NCBI GenBank assembly: GCA_010093705.1
Contig: MU006095.1
Span: 496,001 to 560,000 of the forward strand
Reading direction: 5' to 3'
DNA from: Patellaria atrata CBS 101060
Taxonomy: Eukaryota
DNA: 64,000 nt
A model generated the notes under the pieces. The model made no database searches. It had not been told where the DNA came from and worked only from the letters and a program-made list of their open reading frames with translations. Each line of letters begins with the position of its first letter. The stretch's first letter is position 1. This document shows positions 38,042-49,710 of the stretch, in pieces. A program made the translations under genes and the position numbers.

Positions 38042-39031
38042 GGGACAAAAAGATGTTAGAACCATAACAGAAAGCCTTCCTGTCTCCGAGCAGTCGCCAT
38101 AAGTTCCATTTCAATCAAATCATATCAATCAAAAGATCTTTTTCATCACGAACATGAGTACCTAGGTTCCTACCCCACGAATCATAATCATTTTGACTTA
38201 GATATCCACCGGGTTTGCCTAACATTTCTGATGGTATTGTCCATATTTGTTGGGAATTATCTCCTTCCATGCACGTCCATAAGCTTTATTTTCATCCCAA
38301 ACTTCAGTCAATAACCTAATCCCATATCACCAACTTCTGCTTCCCTTCTCCCACTTTCTCCTCATCTCCTTAACCAGATCCGACATCTCCTTCGCTTCGT
38401 CATAAGCACGCTCCGGGATAACTATTGCCGTCAATTTCATCCTCGCTCTTATTTCAATACTTTTTCCACTAGTTCGTGGATGAGTTTGACTTACTATCAA
38501 GAATTTTCTCACAAGTAAGCCATGTATATCTAGAACTAGACTCGCTCTTAGGAGCAGAGTTGCCCCTCGGATCAGCAGTCTTGTTTGTCCCACCACGCGT
38601 AGTGTGCTTGTCGTTATTTGCTGTCATATTGCGGGGTGGTACCGTGATGTTATCTTCTGGGTTTAGGGAAAGTATAGAGGTGTATTGGTGGCAAAAGCTT
38701 TGTTGGAAAATACTGACTATTGAGTCTAGATGGTTCGTAAAATGAAAGATACATCAGGGGAATTTGCCAAAAAGTAGAGTCAAACGATATCAGGTGATGC
38801 ATGTTCTGACTATGAAAATGACAGCAGGCCCCTTGATCTCTTATCACATGCACCAGTATCACAACGCAAATATCCCATCCATACGCCAATGAACCATCAT
38901 GAACCATCAACTACTACACCACCGCATCTCCCAAATTCCATAATCCCCAATATCACCCCATTCGCAGTACCCATTACCTACTCCTAACTCCCATCACCAT
39001 TGACCAATAAGTCAAGCCCATTTACCGCGAT

Positions 39032-39292
39032 TATTTTCCCTGTTTCCTATCCGCTACCTTCATAGCCTTCATGATCTCCTTGCCCTCAGCATAGCCCTCA
39101 GGCGTCGCTAGTAGTCAGCCCACCATTTCATCCGTTCGAATTTTCCTGGAGCCGGGGGTTGACTTACGCTAGAGCCCGTAAGAGGCGTTGAAGTTTTTCT
39201 GGTCGCTGTGCCTCTCTTTGTAGGTCGACATAGTTGCTCTTGGGACCGGGGTTATCGTTGGTACCGGAACTGGTGGTGGTGTTGGATAGCAT
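39032..39292 (-). pseudogene. Disrupted paralog of the adjacent micro-protein gene
   Basis: Reads ...KNFNASYGL*(TAG ~39169-39171) C|intron|CG: PTPEGYAEGKEIMKAMKVADRKQGK*. The intron has the same position and phase as in the 39760-40011 gene, and the upstream ATG (39292) is out of frame. Confidence 0.55.
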
Positions 39293-39759
39293 TGTAGATT
39301 AGTTTTGTGGTGTTTTTGTTGTGGTGTTTTTGTTGTGGTGTTTGTGTAAAGAAGGTGGGATTGTGGGATAAGTGTTTGAGACGGGGATATTCCAGGGATG
39401 TAGGGGCGTTTATACAGTGGGTAATTGGAGAGGGATGGTGCAGAGGTAAGGTAGGAGTTGATTAGACGGCGTGATCATGGTACAGGTCATTGTGGATTAT
39501 AACGACTTCACCGCAACCCTGTGCATGCACCATGCGATTAACTGTCAATGCGCTTGGAGATCGGTAATGGCAGAAAGGTGTTTGTGTATAAGATCATCAA
39601 GCATACCCTTGTGATCATCTAACAATAATACCACAACTTGTGACCCCAAGTAGAGTAAGTGAGAGCATCGACAATGATAGGGGTAAATGCAGAAACACAA
39701 CAAACGATCCCGTCACATTCCAACCTCAAACCCAACCAGTAAATCACTGGTAAAATCCG

Positions 39760-40011
39760 TTACGAACTTTTCTGCTCATTCGCTATCTGACGATCTTGCT
39801 CTAGGAAAGTCTCGATAATGTGATCGCCCTCCTTGAGGTCGTCTGGAGTCACTATCCCAACAGTCAGTTGTAGAAACAGTAGAAAAGGGGAATGAGTCGT
39901 ACTCTTCAATCCGAATGAATGCTGGAAATTGGGTCGTCCACCGTATGCTTTGATTATGGAAGCCTTTGTGCTGGTCGGAGGAGTTGATTTGGGATTCGTG
40001 CTGGAAGGCAT
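39760..40011 (-). CDS. 66-aa small protein of unknown function (YGG..NF..SFGLK.TP...EG..I motif); intron 39852-39902
   Basis: MPSSTNPKSTPPTSTKASIIKAYGGRPNFQHSFGLK|MTPDDLKEGDHIIETFLEQDRQIANEQKSS after removing a GTACGA...CTGAC...TAG intron. Confidence 0.7.
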   Translation of the reverse strand: MPSSTNPKSTPPTSTKASIIKAYGGRPNFQHSFGLKSTTHSPFLLFLQLTVGIVTPDDLKEGDHIIETFLEQDRQIANEQKSS

Positions 40012-40175
40012 TGCTACGTTGATATCGTGGAGCTTGTGGAGTTGCTGGAATATCTTAGGGATATGTAACTCGATTACACCCGCCGATGGATATTGAAAGT
40101 GACTACGGTGATGATTAGAGGTGTTCACGATTTAGGACGGGAGAAGGTTAAGTGGGGTCTGTCAGACTGTGAGGG

Positions 40176-40443
40176 TGCTGAATAATCAAGATAATCCCTT
40201 GATTTCTATCTATCTACTGAAGGAACGTCTATATATACTGAAGACCTACAGAGAACACATATCTAAATCTCAATATAGCTAATAGTTGTTGAGATATCTG
40301 TTGAGATAGTGGAGTCGGTTGAGGACGAAACAGATATCGAAAACAGATAAGTTTTGAAGATAGACTTTTAATGCTCCATACTTCTCCGTGGCTGACAGCA
40401 GACAGATAGCTAACAGATCCATCAAAGGACCCATACTTCAACA
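40176..40443 (-). mobile_element. Solo-LTR-like element (copy C), TGTTGAA...TTCAGCA termini
   Basis: Reverse complement matches copies A and B. It has TG...CA ends with an imperfect 7-bp terminal inverted repeat and an internal TATATA. No clean target-site duplication seen. Confidence 0.55.
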
Positions 40444-40519
40444 GGGTCACACTGGCTACCCTATTGGGATATTTTAGGTTTGGAGATTCGGAGATGATGC
40501 CTTGATTCTGTTATGTGTT

Positions 40520-41930
40520 TGTTACAACGAGAGTCTATAACTTTACTTATCGAGACAGAACAAGATAAGTCTAGAAACGCGCCAGGCTTTTCACTAACGT
40601 GATCAACCTCAAGGTAGGTTCCGTTAATGATAGGAGACTTGTGTGAGTTCGGCACTTCAAGTTGACGATACAACTTGCTGACTCCTTGACTTTCGTGAGT
40701 AAGGCTCGCGACGAGACAAACGTACTGTATGGAAACAGTATGACAAGGCAAAGTCAAGTTCTAAACCGTAACATCCAATGTAGATGGTAAATCTATTGGT
40801 AAGAAGAACTACGAAGAACCTAAATACATGTGTAAGGAGCGTCCTCAAGTATTCCTTCCTCGAGCCCTATCCTGAGTGTTTGGACGTGTTGGACGTAGAA
40901 CCCCTTCTGCGTCCACTGCGTCCAGATCACGTGACCTTCTTGCCACTGATTCTCCCCGTAGTTGTACCGTGTGGCTCTTCTCCGTCCCCCACTTGTCAAC
41001 TACATGCTGTTCACAACTTGTGGCCGTAACGGTGTTGGGATAACGCCGTCGTAAATACAAGAGTTCTACCAAGGTATTATATAAACTTCTAGCTTCTCTA
41101 GGTAGTTATACCAGAGGAGCTAAAGACTAAAAAACTACTATACCTTTTTTAGAGCATCTAGCAAGGGTCTAAGTCTTATTAGCTTATAGCCTAGCTCTCT
41201 AGGTCTTATAGTTTTATAATAAAAGTGTCTCTTGCTCTAAATTATCTATCTTGTATAGAATTTAAGAATATATTAACTGCAGTTGTACTTATGCTTATAG
41301 AGGAGAATCGTGTGTCACGCCGTATAGAGGCCGTGCCAGTGTTACGGCCACAAGTTGTAAGGACATGTAGTTGGCGAGTGGGGAACGGAGGAAGGCCACG
41401 CGGTACAACTACGGGGAAAAGTCAGTGATACAGAGGTCCCGTGACTTGGACGCAGTGGAAGTAGTGGACGTAGGAGGAGTGTTACGTCCAAAATGTCCAA
41501 CACGTCTAGAGGGTATGGACGCGGTGGACGCAGTGGACGTTGGACGTCTAGAACTGCCAGCACGGCGAGCACGTCCAAGCACTCAGAATAGGACTCGGAG
41601 AAGGAATACTCAAGGACGCTCCTTTGCGTATGTATTTAGATTCTTCGTAGTTCTTCTTGCCAACTAATTTGGATGTTACGATTCTGACTTAACTCACCTT
41701 TGTTATACTGTGTTCGTGCAGTATCACTTGTCTCTATTGTGAAGCCTTTGGGAGAGAGTTAAGGGGAAGCAAGTTATATCGTTAACTTGAAGTGCAAACC
41801 TTTATACGTTCTATCACGAAGCGGAAACCTACCCTTCTAGGAAGGAGCTCACTCATCAGTGAGAAACCTTGCGCGTGTTTATGCCTATCTGGTTCCGGCT
41901 TAGAGAAGTCTAAACTCCCGTCGTTAACAG
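40520..41930. repeat. Long diverged inverted repeat: arms ~40520-41030 and ~41341-41930 with a ~310-bp TpA-rich spacer
   Basis: CAACTTGTGGCCGTAAC (to 41030) pairs with GTTACGGCCACAAGTTG (from 41341). AAGAAGAACTACGAAGAA pairs with TTCTTCGTAGTTCTTCTT, and GCACTTCAAGTTGACGATACAACTTGCT with AGCAAGTTATATCGTTAACTTGAAGTGC. Confidence 0.85.
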
Positions 41931-43865
41931 CCAGAGGCTCGTTAGCGCCGTTAAGGAGCGGAAGGGATGGCCGAACAGGAGTGATGGCGTACAAGGGATC
42001 CGATTCTGAGGACCTTGAGACCAACTGTTAAATTTAGCCGTTAACGAGGCCGTTGATGAAGTAGTTGATGAGACCGTTAATAAGACCGAACGTAGTTATA
42101 AAAGAGTAATGCTTCCCCAATCAAAGAAAACAAGATACAACCGTGAACGAACATTTAGTTGAATCCGAGGAATCACAAGGGATGGATAGTCGGGGTAGCT
42201 TTTAATAAGTCTATATCCTCAGGTCCTTGTCTCCTGGTTTTCTTGTTTGACATGCAACCTAGCTTCCGTTTGGTATGACCAATATAGACCGTCAAAGACT
42301 TGATAATATGAATGACCTAAAGGGGAATGATAGCTAGGAAGAAGGTAGAGGGTGATAAATAGATTTTGTGAACACTAACTGAAAATATAAATAGTATGAA
42401 GACATGGACTGGAAGGACCATGCTTAAGCCGTGTGAGACCATAGGCCTCTGGAAGAAGGAAGATACTAAGAACGAAGTGAGTCCTTACGAGGCATGATCA
42501 TCGAAATATGAAAACCTGATGTCACGTCATGACGTTGAACAAGTAGGGAAGTTCATTGTAGTACCAATGAAAGATTGTTTGAAGCCTCGAAAGCAATGGC
42601 TTTCTACGTGAAAAACCATTTCTAAAACCGCAATTGCAGGAGTGAACATGTTAGGGGAGGATAAATATCCCTCACGTAGGTATAGTACCTCTATCCATAT
42701 CCTGGGATACAGAATACTCTAACTGTGGCTGAGTCTACAGGCATAATGACTGTGCCGATACCTTGTTTGGTGACAAGAATTGGGCTCATTACGGAACAGA
42801 CTACGATCTATGAAAATGAAATGTAGAAAATAAGAGCAACCTATTGAAGCGTCCCTATTTTGCTGCCTCAAAATCCAGTTCCGGTTGAGGACTACTGCTA
42901 CGAATTCGTCAGGTTACTCGTCGAACAGTTCCGAAGCTTTTTCTGGAGATGGACGATTGCATCTTCATAAAAAGACGTCTGTAAAACGAAAGGGACGCTA
43001 TTCACGTCCATCTCTGTATCAGATATCAATACTCATAGGAGGGATAATGAATCGCATTGGTTCAAGAACATCATCGACTCTCAGCCGCATCGTGTGTGTG
43101 ATATGGCAGATTTAGAAGTCAGAAATTCACACCGTATGTGATTAACAGTGGCGCAAGGAATCTTCGTTGCCCGTATGGACACATCTGAACAACGGTATTG
43201 ACTAAGCAGGAGGAGTGCAAGAAAGTCGACATCTTCGGAATGATCGCTTGAGCAACGGAGTCCAACCGATATTTAGTGCCTGGAAAGTCACTGGAAAGGT
43301 AGATCAGGTTAACTGTAATGGAACAGAAGTGCAGGTAGGAATCGATGGTAATTGGTAAAATAGTTCTGGGGGGTTTCGGTTATCGGCAATCCATCAGAAT
43401 TGATGTTCGTGATGTTCTCACTCTTGCGGGGGAACGACGTTAATGACTAAAAAAAGTGACGCCCCACTGTTGTCATCATCTATCAAGGATCTGACAGGCT
43501 GTCACGTTCATCTGCTCTTTCCTCACTTGGAACAAATGTACAAAGTAGAAGTTGCCTTACCTGCCTTATCCTACAGTATAACCAATATAAGGTATCCAAC
43601 AGGTAGCCTATCATTCATGTAGCGGTCTGCCGTCACCCTACTAACTGAAGGTGCCCTCATCCCTTGGTAACCTTGAATGTTACCTTGGACTCGGTCTCTC
43701 CGATCATGGCTTGACCTCGACTTAAATCTTCCTTGCCGCACCCCGTTACTCGCATAACCTCACCGTCTTCAATGTCTTTATATTCAGCTGATACGCTACC
43801 TAAACCCCGTATAAGGGAGAATGTGGAGAATGATCGTGTTGACGCGGTAGAAAAACATTCGTGAA

Positions 43866-43874
43866 TATATAAAA
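43866..43874 (+). promoter_or_regulatory. TATA-like box upstream of the membrane protein gene
   Basis: TATATAAAA 30 nt before the ATG at 43896. This is unusually close, so the next Met or a short leader is possible. Confidence 0.35.
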
Positions 43875-43895
43875 GTTTCAAGAAATATCTCAGCA

Positions 43896-45095
43896 ATGAG
43901 TGCGACAACAACAGCTGCACTTTCAATGGGAACACACTCACCTCAAGGCGATTCATCCTCAGCTGCTGCTGGCATCACGGGTGGTAAGCACTTGTCCCCA
44001 GAAGAGTATCAGGCAAGGCAATTCTCTTTTCCTTTCTTACCCTGAGTAGGATATACCGGGGATAGTCTTACCTTGAAGATATTGATCGCCGTCTTCATTG
44101 GTCTATCTTTATATAATGCCGTCGAACTCGTCACCCTCAGCTTGGTTACCTTCAAGAGGTACCGTGGAAAGTATTTCTGGAGTTTGATGGCCTCGACATT
44201 GGGTATCATCCCGTACGCTATCGGCTTTCTTCTGAAGTTTTATCAAATCATTGATCCATTAAGCCCCTCACATTGGGGTTCGGTATTTCTTTTATCGATA
44301 GGCTGGTATCCCATGGTTACGGGTATGTGTAAGACGTTTTCCCCCTGAGACATAACTCTAATCTCGTACGCAGGACAAGCACTCGTACTATGGTCTCGCC
44401 TCCACCTAGTAGTCCGCAATGAGAAGGTACTGCGATGGACGTTGTATATGATCATCACCAACGCGATAGTTCTCCATATACCAACAACAGTTCTGACCTG
44501 CGGTTCGAATTCTAATTCGCTGAGACCCTCGACGCATCACGCATTTGTTCATGGATACAATATCATGGAAAAGACCCAAATGACAGGGTTTGCCACACAG
44601 GAGCTCATCATATCCTTCATCTATGTCAGAGAGGCAATCCGACTTCTTCGCCTTTCGACCGCCATCCAAGAAGAGGACAGAGTCGGACGAAAGATCATGT
44701 TCCAGCTTCTAGGCATCAATGTTGTCATCATCATCTTGGACATTGCTCTTTTGGCTGTCGCCTATGCCAATCTGTATGTTCTTGAAACGACCCTTAAGGG
44801 CGTAGTATACTCTGTGAAGCTCAAACTCGAGTTCGCCGTTCTCGGAAAACTTATATACATCGTGAAGACGCGCTCTAACACTGGTTCGGATAAGTTTGGA
44901 CCTTCCGTATCCACGCTCAACAAGGAGGTTTCCTACCGGACAGACCTAGACTTCATCGATACTTCGAGGCCTATGGACGGTTTAACGCATGCGGAGGGTT
45001 CTATGAATGCCTCTGCTTCGGGGAGTTCAAGGAGACCGTCAACAAGACCGACTACTTCCGGCCATAAGACCGAGAGGTCATGGATCGATGAGTAA
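43896..45095 (+). CDS. Fungal multi-pass integral membrane protein; introns 43984-44049, 44323-44373
   Basis: Spliced GITG|GYTGDSLTLKILIAVFIGLSLYNAVEL...YFWSL...WYPMVT|GQALVLWSRLHLVV...MEKTQMTGFATQE...YSVKLKLEFAVL. About six to seven hydrophobic helices; the motif pattern fits a common Pezizomycotina family of unknown function. Confidence 0.85.
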
Positions 45096-46903
45096 GTGTG
45101 GTACAATTTTTCTCTGTATGGTGTTAACGATATTATAGGGAGATGGATAAGCATAACCTAGGCCATGTTGACGACGTGTGACCGGGAGTCAGCTTCAAAG
45201 GTGTATTTGTTTAAACCACTTTCTTGTTTGCGGTGGATTTCTTCGCCACAGCCTTTATGCGACCTGGATACGACTTCTTCCTGTCGTATACGAAGTCCAG
45301 CGTTACCAAGGTTACGCATGCTCTAGGAGCTAAAGTACACAAGATCCTGGACAACAGATTTGTGGATCTCTCAAATAGAAAACGCAGAGGGATGTTTACC
45401 ACGATGGACGTCTACCAAGAAGAAGTAAGATTTCCCCTTTACCCTAGAGATAAAGCGACTTTCTAACCTCAGGATTCTCAAAGATTATAATTCTCAATGC
45501 ATAAAAAGGACGCATATGGCATACCAGAAATCCACATATGTAAAGCGGTCACCTGCGTTGCCCCGTTAGTCTCTTGTCGACTGGGTGATATGAAAGTAGA
45601 GGGTGCTCTCAATTCCAGGAAAGCAGGGAAGTAAAATCTCAGAACTGTACGCAGTATTAGTATAGCTTTGCCCAGAGGTTCCCTATCTTCTGAGCGTAGT
45701 GGGCTAATTATTCGCAAGTGGTACAACTTTTCTAGTCATGAATCAACAATGCAAAAACCTATATTATCACACATTCCGACCCACGTCAGAGATTTTTAAT
45801 AAGTCTTTTTTTTTTTACCGTAGCCGCAGCATCCATGCAAGTTCTATCATTTCTATTCAATCTGGTAAGGAGCAATAGGACGTATCATACGAGTTCTCAG
45901 CCCATAGCAGCAGATGGTGGTCCAGAACGGTACCTCCGCATTAGATAATAGGACACTATCTGCGTCCTCTCATATATCGGAGTAGCCTTGAGCAAGGGTC
46001 GATATATCATTTCGTCCCTCTTTCGGTGGATTACATACAGCAATACTCAGAGATGGGCTGCGACCAAAATCCACCCCTGGCTTCCCTTCCAGAACTATAA
46101 CAAGATATTTATCTCTCAAGTATTCACCTTAAGTCAACAGTCTAACGCCAATCGTATGCTCTATCGCTAATCACGTTGACCAGTCAAATCCCACAGCTCT
46201 CGAACGGACAAAAACCGGCTCATATGCTCCTCTGCCGAACAGGGGTCAACTATAACACACCGGAGCTACAATGCGCCAGCTGTTTCCAACTATGTTGCTT
46301 ATTGCCGATCATCGACGATCGTGGATCATAGAGCATGTGGCTTTCGCGAAGAGAGCTGAGTTTATATTGCACTGAGCCCAAGGCTAGATCTTGTACCACC
46401 TTAGCTATCTCAAGCATAAACCCCGCTCCCCGTCGCCTTCATGTCTTTCTTGTCTGATCTCTTTCCTTCACTCGAGCTCTTTCCACTAGTTTTTGTCCTG
46501 TAGACTCGGATTTTGAAACAAGGACCAAGTCACCATTGGTTGAGGTATGCATGTCTGTCTCAGTTACATATCAGAACCGAGAATTTTATTGCTAACAATC
46601 GCTCTGCATAGGCATTCCAAGCGAATTAGCTATTCACATACAGAAAAAGACAGTCAAGAGGAGTTACGAGATAGTGCATACTTCCGAAAGGATTCCTACT
46701 CCTGACTGGACTTCTCTATGACCGCAGTGAGTGCGAGCGTCACCCCTAGAACCACAGCGTCCAATGAGCCTCATCTGACGCGAGACAAAAGCCCCAGGCC
46801 GACACAATAAAAGGACACCGCTCTGCCGACCCCCTCAGCGTTCCGGACCTCACATCAGAGGCCATCCTTTCCCAAAGTTGAATATCTCGCTCCGATCTCA
46901 ACC

Positions 46904-47392
46904 ATGCCCGTTGGAATTGCCCAAGTGGTGAACAACACCTCCTCCACGCTCTACTACCACAACACCGAAAGCGGCCACAACGACACCGTCTACGCGAAAT
47001 CCAGAGACCAAGAGAACAACTCCTACATCCCAAGCTCGAACACTACCGACGACACCCTCCCCTACGCCAGTTCCGGGCACTACCTCAAACTGACCGTGGG
47101 AGGCTACGCTCCGATCAAGATCTCGGACGACGACTGGAAGTTCAAGATCGTCGCGCCCGTCGACTATGGCGGCGGCGGAGGGGAATCGGAGGCATGGTAC
47201 GGCAGCTTGGATAACGGGTCGAGGTATATTATCAGAGTGGACGAGGTGAAGGATGAGTATAATAAATACTGCTCCGTCACGATTTTGAAGTATCAGGATA
47301 GGTGCGAGGTCACGGCTGGGTATATCGCGTTGCAGGTTATTCAGCAGGCGGCGCCTATCGTCGCGATGGTTTTGTTGGCCATCTTTATCTGA
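46904..47392 (+). CDS. Uncharacterised 162-aa beta-rich protein with C-terminal hydrophobic helix
   Basis: Clean ATG in CAACCATG context, strong C/G third-position bias, probable 5'-UTR intron (GTATGC ~46545...GCTAAC...TAG ~46611) and C-terminus APIVAMVLLAIFI. Confidence 0.75.
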   Translation: MPVGIAQVVNNTSSTLYYHNTESGHNDTVYAKSRDQENNSYIPSSNTTDDTLPYASSGHYLKLTVGGYAPIKISDDDWKFKIVAPVDYGGGGGESEAWYGSLDNGSRYIIRVDEVKDEYNKYCSVTILKYQDRCEVTAGYIALQVIQQAAPIVAMVLLAIFI

Positions 47393-47498
47393 TGCTGTTC
47401 TCTTTTATTGGAACGCAGCTCGCTTTTTGCTCGTAGTCCTCTAGACCTACTGAGTAGGACCTGGTGGAGGGTTCCGGTTTTTGATGGGCCGCTAGTTT

Positions 47499-47550
47499 GC
47501 GTACACCCCCTAATCGATATACGTACGTATATCGATTAGGGGGTGTACGC
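47499..47550. repeat. Perfect 52-bp palindrome with no spacer
   Basis: GCGTACACCCCCTAATCGATATACGT|ACGTATATCGATTAGGGGGTGTACGC is its own reverse complement. Confidence 0.97.
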
Positions 47551-47967
47551 GAATCGCTACCCTTTTGATGTCTCTACGGCGGTTTCCGTTCTTGTTTTTG
47601 GGTTTCTTGGTTTTGGAAGACGGACGTGGTGTAGGTTAGGTAGGTAACCAGATGTTTTCCTGGCTACTTTCTTAGTGTTCGATGAGTAATGCATCTGGGT
47701 ATGAATCCAATGTTTTATGATCAGTCATATATTCTCCCTTTAGAGTTCAATTTATTTGAGTTCACTGTTGTCGGTAGAGCTATTGCTGGTGAGGCCTCAT
47801 TCCAAGTACAAAAGTAAATCCCGAGAGTCATCATCTCACAGAGCGGGTGAGGGTAATCCGGTTTCTCCCAGGAGAGCATATGAAATCACAATAAATGAAG
47901 ATCAATAAAAGAGGCATAGCACTATGGAGGGCAACGAGGCACAATGATAGAAAACTAGAGGAGCAAT

Positions 47968-49110
47968 CTATTTCCCCATTGAACCGTTACGCTCTATAAT
48001 CCGTGTATGCAACTTCGAAATCTCAGGTATTATCAACGACTCAATCTCAATCGCGGGCTCTCCATGGAACTCATGCGTGCCCTCCTCACCACTTCCCACC
48101 GCATCCTCATCCACACCGCCAGCCGCCTTCCCCACTAATCCCTCGATGCCAGAAATACTTTTCGTGCGTCGGTGTGCCGGCACCCTGATCCATTGATCAC
48201 CCGCCGCAGAGACGAACACGACTTCCCATTTCCGCGTCGTTAGCAAGTTGCCGATGACGAGGTGGTGCTGGTACTTCTTCAGCGCATACTGCGCTTTATC
48301 CACAAGCATTCCGGGATCGGTTTCGAGCTTGAAGCTAACGATCATGCCCTCAGGCGCCCATCCGTCGACGAGCGACTTGAGGAACTTGGGCACCGGCTCG
48401 AGATCGATAATCAATTTCTTGCCCTCCGTACGGGCCGCGGGGAGTTTTACCTTCTCCGCTTCTCCATCTTCGTTCTTGTACTCTTGACGAAAGCCTTCGG
48501 TGGACTGGATCTTATGCTCCACCATCCTATCCCGCGGAACGAAAAAATCCGACACCGCAGCTGCGAGGTAAAACAGCGCATTCGGCCCAACCGGACGCAT
48601 CAACTTCGCCACCTCACGAAGGGACCAAAGATAATCATTAACAGTGACAAAGCTAAGAATCAGCAGCCTATTTTCCCGCTTAACCCTCTTATACTCCCTC
48701 AACACTTCCACCATCTTCCCCTGATGCTCCTGCCCTACCCTCACCTCCTCCCCCTCCCGATCCAGATCCATGAAATCGAGAAACGACCGCTTGTCATGCG
48801 AGTAGTGCCGCGAGAAGGGCAGCAGCGAGAACTGCCGGTGAAGAAATATGACCGCGTACCCGTTCGCGAGGAAGTGCTCCGCGCTGCATGCGCCACGCGT
48901 GCCAGCGGAGAAATTGTCGATGTATCGCACCGTTTGGTTTTCGAGAGGGACGGTCGTGCCGCCTGAGGTGACGAGGACGATGCGACGGCCGGTGTGGGAT
49001 GCGATGAACGTGCGCGCGAGGGTAAGGTGGGTTGGGAGTTCCTTAGGCGGAGGCTCGACGGTAAAGTAGTCGCGCTCTTGAGCGTCTAGGGAGAGTGTTG
49101 TGCTAGCCAT
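47968..49110 (-). CDS. CAB2: Phosphopantothenate-cysteine ligase (CoA biosynthesis)
   Basis: Motifs [53 protein letters not shown] and [12 protein letters not shown]. Confidence 0.95.
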   Translation of the reverse strand: MASTTLSLDAQERDYFTVEPPPKELPTHLTLARTFIASHTGRRIVLVTSGGTTVPLENQTVRYIDNFSAGTRGACSAEHFLANGYAVIFLHRQFSLLPFSRHYSHDKRSFLDFMDLDREGEEVRVGQEHQGKMVEVLREYKRVKRENRLLILSFVTVNDYLWSLREVAKLMRPVGPNALFYLAAAVSDFFVPRDRMVEHKIQSTEGFRQEYKNEDGEAEKVKLPAARTEGKKLIIDLEPVPKFLKSLVDGWAPEGMIVSFKLETDPGMLVDKAQYALKKYQHHLVIGNLLTTRKWEVVFVSAAGDQWIRVPAHRRTKSISGIEGLVGKAAGGVDEDAVGSGEEGTHEFHGEPAIEIESLIIPEISKLHTRIIERNGSMGK

Positions 49111-49710
49111 TGTCGGATTTGTCGTGGATGCCCTTCTGTGTAGGTACGTGGTGGGGTTTGGGGAGACACATTCTGAAAGGTGGTGCTAGAGTGGTGAGGG
49201 ATGAGGTTGATGTCAGTAGTCGACCTGGGGAAACTTTCCTCCTGGTTACGGGGCCGAGGGAACAAGGATGATGACTAATAATAGGGGCTTGATTGGATCA
49301 GAGCGCGTGTGTAAATTGGTACGCTCAAATTCACGATAGGCTCCATCAACCGCCTTAATAATTCAAACCATCAAGCTACTCCATGACATGTTCGAAAGGC
49401 TGATACTAAGGCTATGCTGTTCTTCTACAGCATAAGGTGCTCAGTAGCTCTCAGCGTCATGACAACCCGATTAGTTGAGAGATGGATGTACCTATATCAA
49501 AGGCGATGTACAGGTATCGATGTACCTCAGGGAATTGTGAGGACATAGAGATAAAGCGGAATTTAGAGAGAAGTTTCAGCATTCACTAAAGTAAAGGATC
49601 TAATCATATGAAAATAGAGAGTAAATTCTTTCTCAGGCACGACTATATGGGTATCTACCATTGTATCAAGAATCCTGAACGCCTGAATATTTGCATTATC
49701 AACACATCCG

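Noticed and set aside
39303..39345. Short TTTTTGTTGTGGTG tandem repeat
   Set aside because: Ordinary CA-rich leader on the minus strand upstream of a small gene; not telomeric.
45224..45466. 80-aa protein-like ORF
   Set aside because: Starts at a non-ATG codon, no recognisable family and no supportable splice model; possibly a relic.
48248..48966. 234-aa plus-strand ORF
   Set aside because: Lies antisense within CAB2, with no independent motif.
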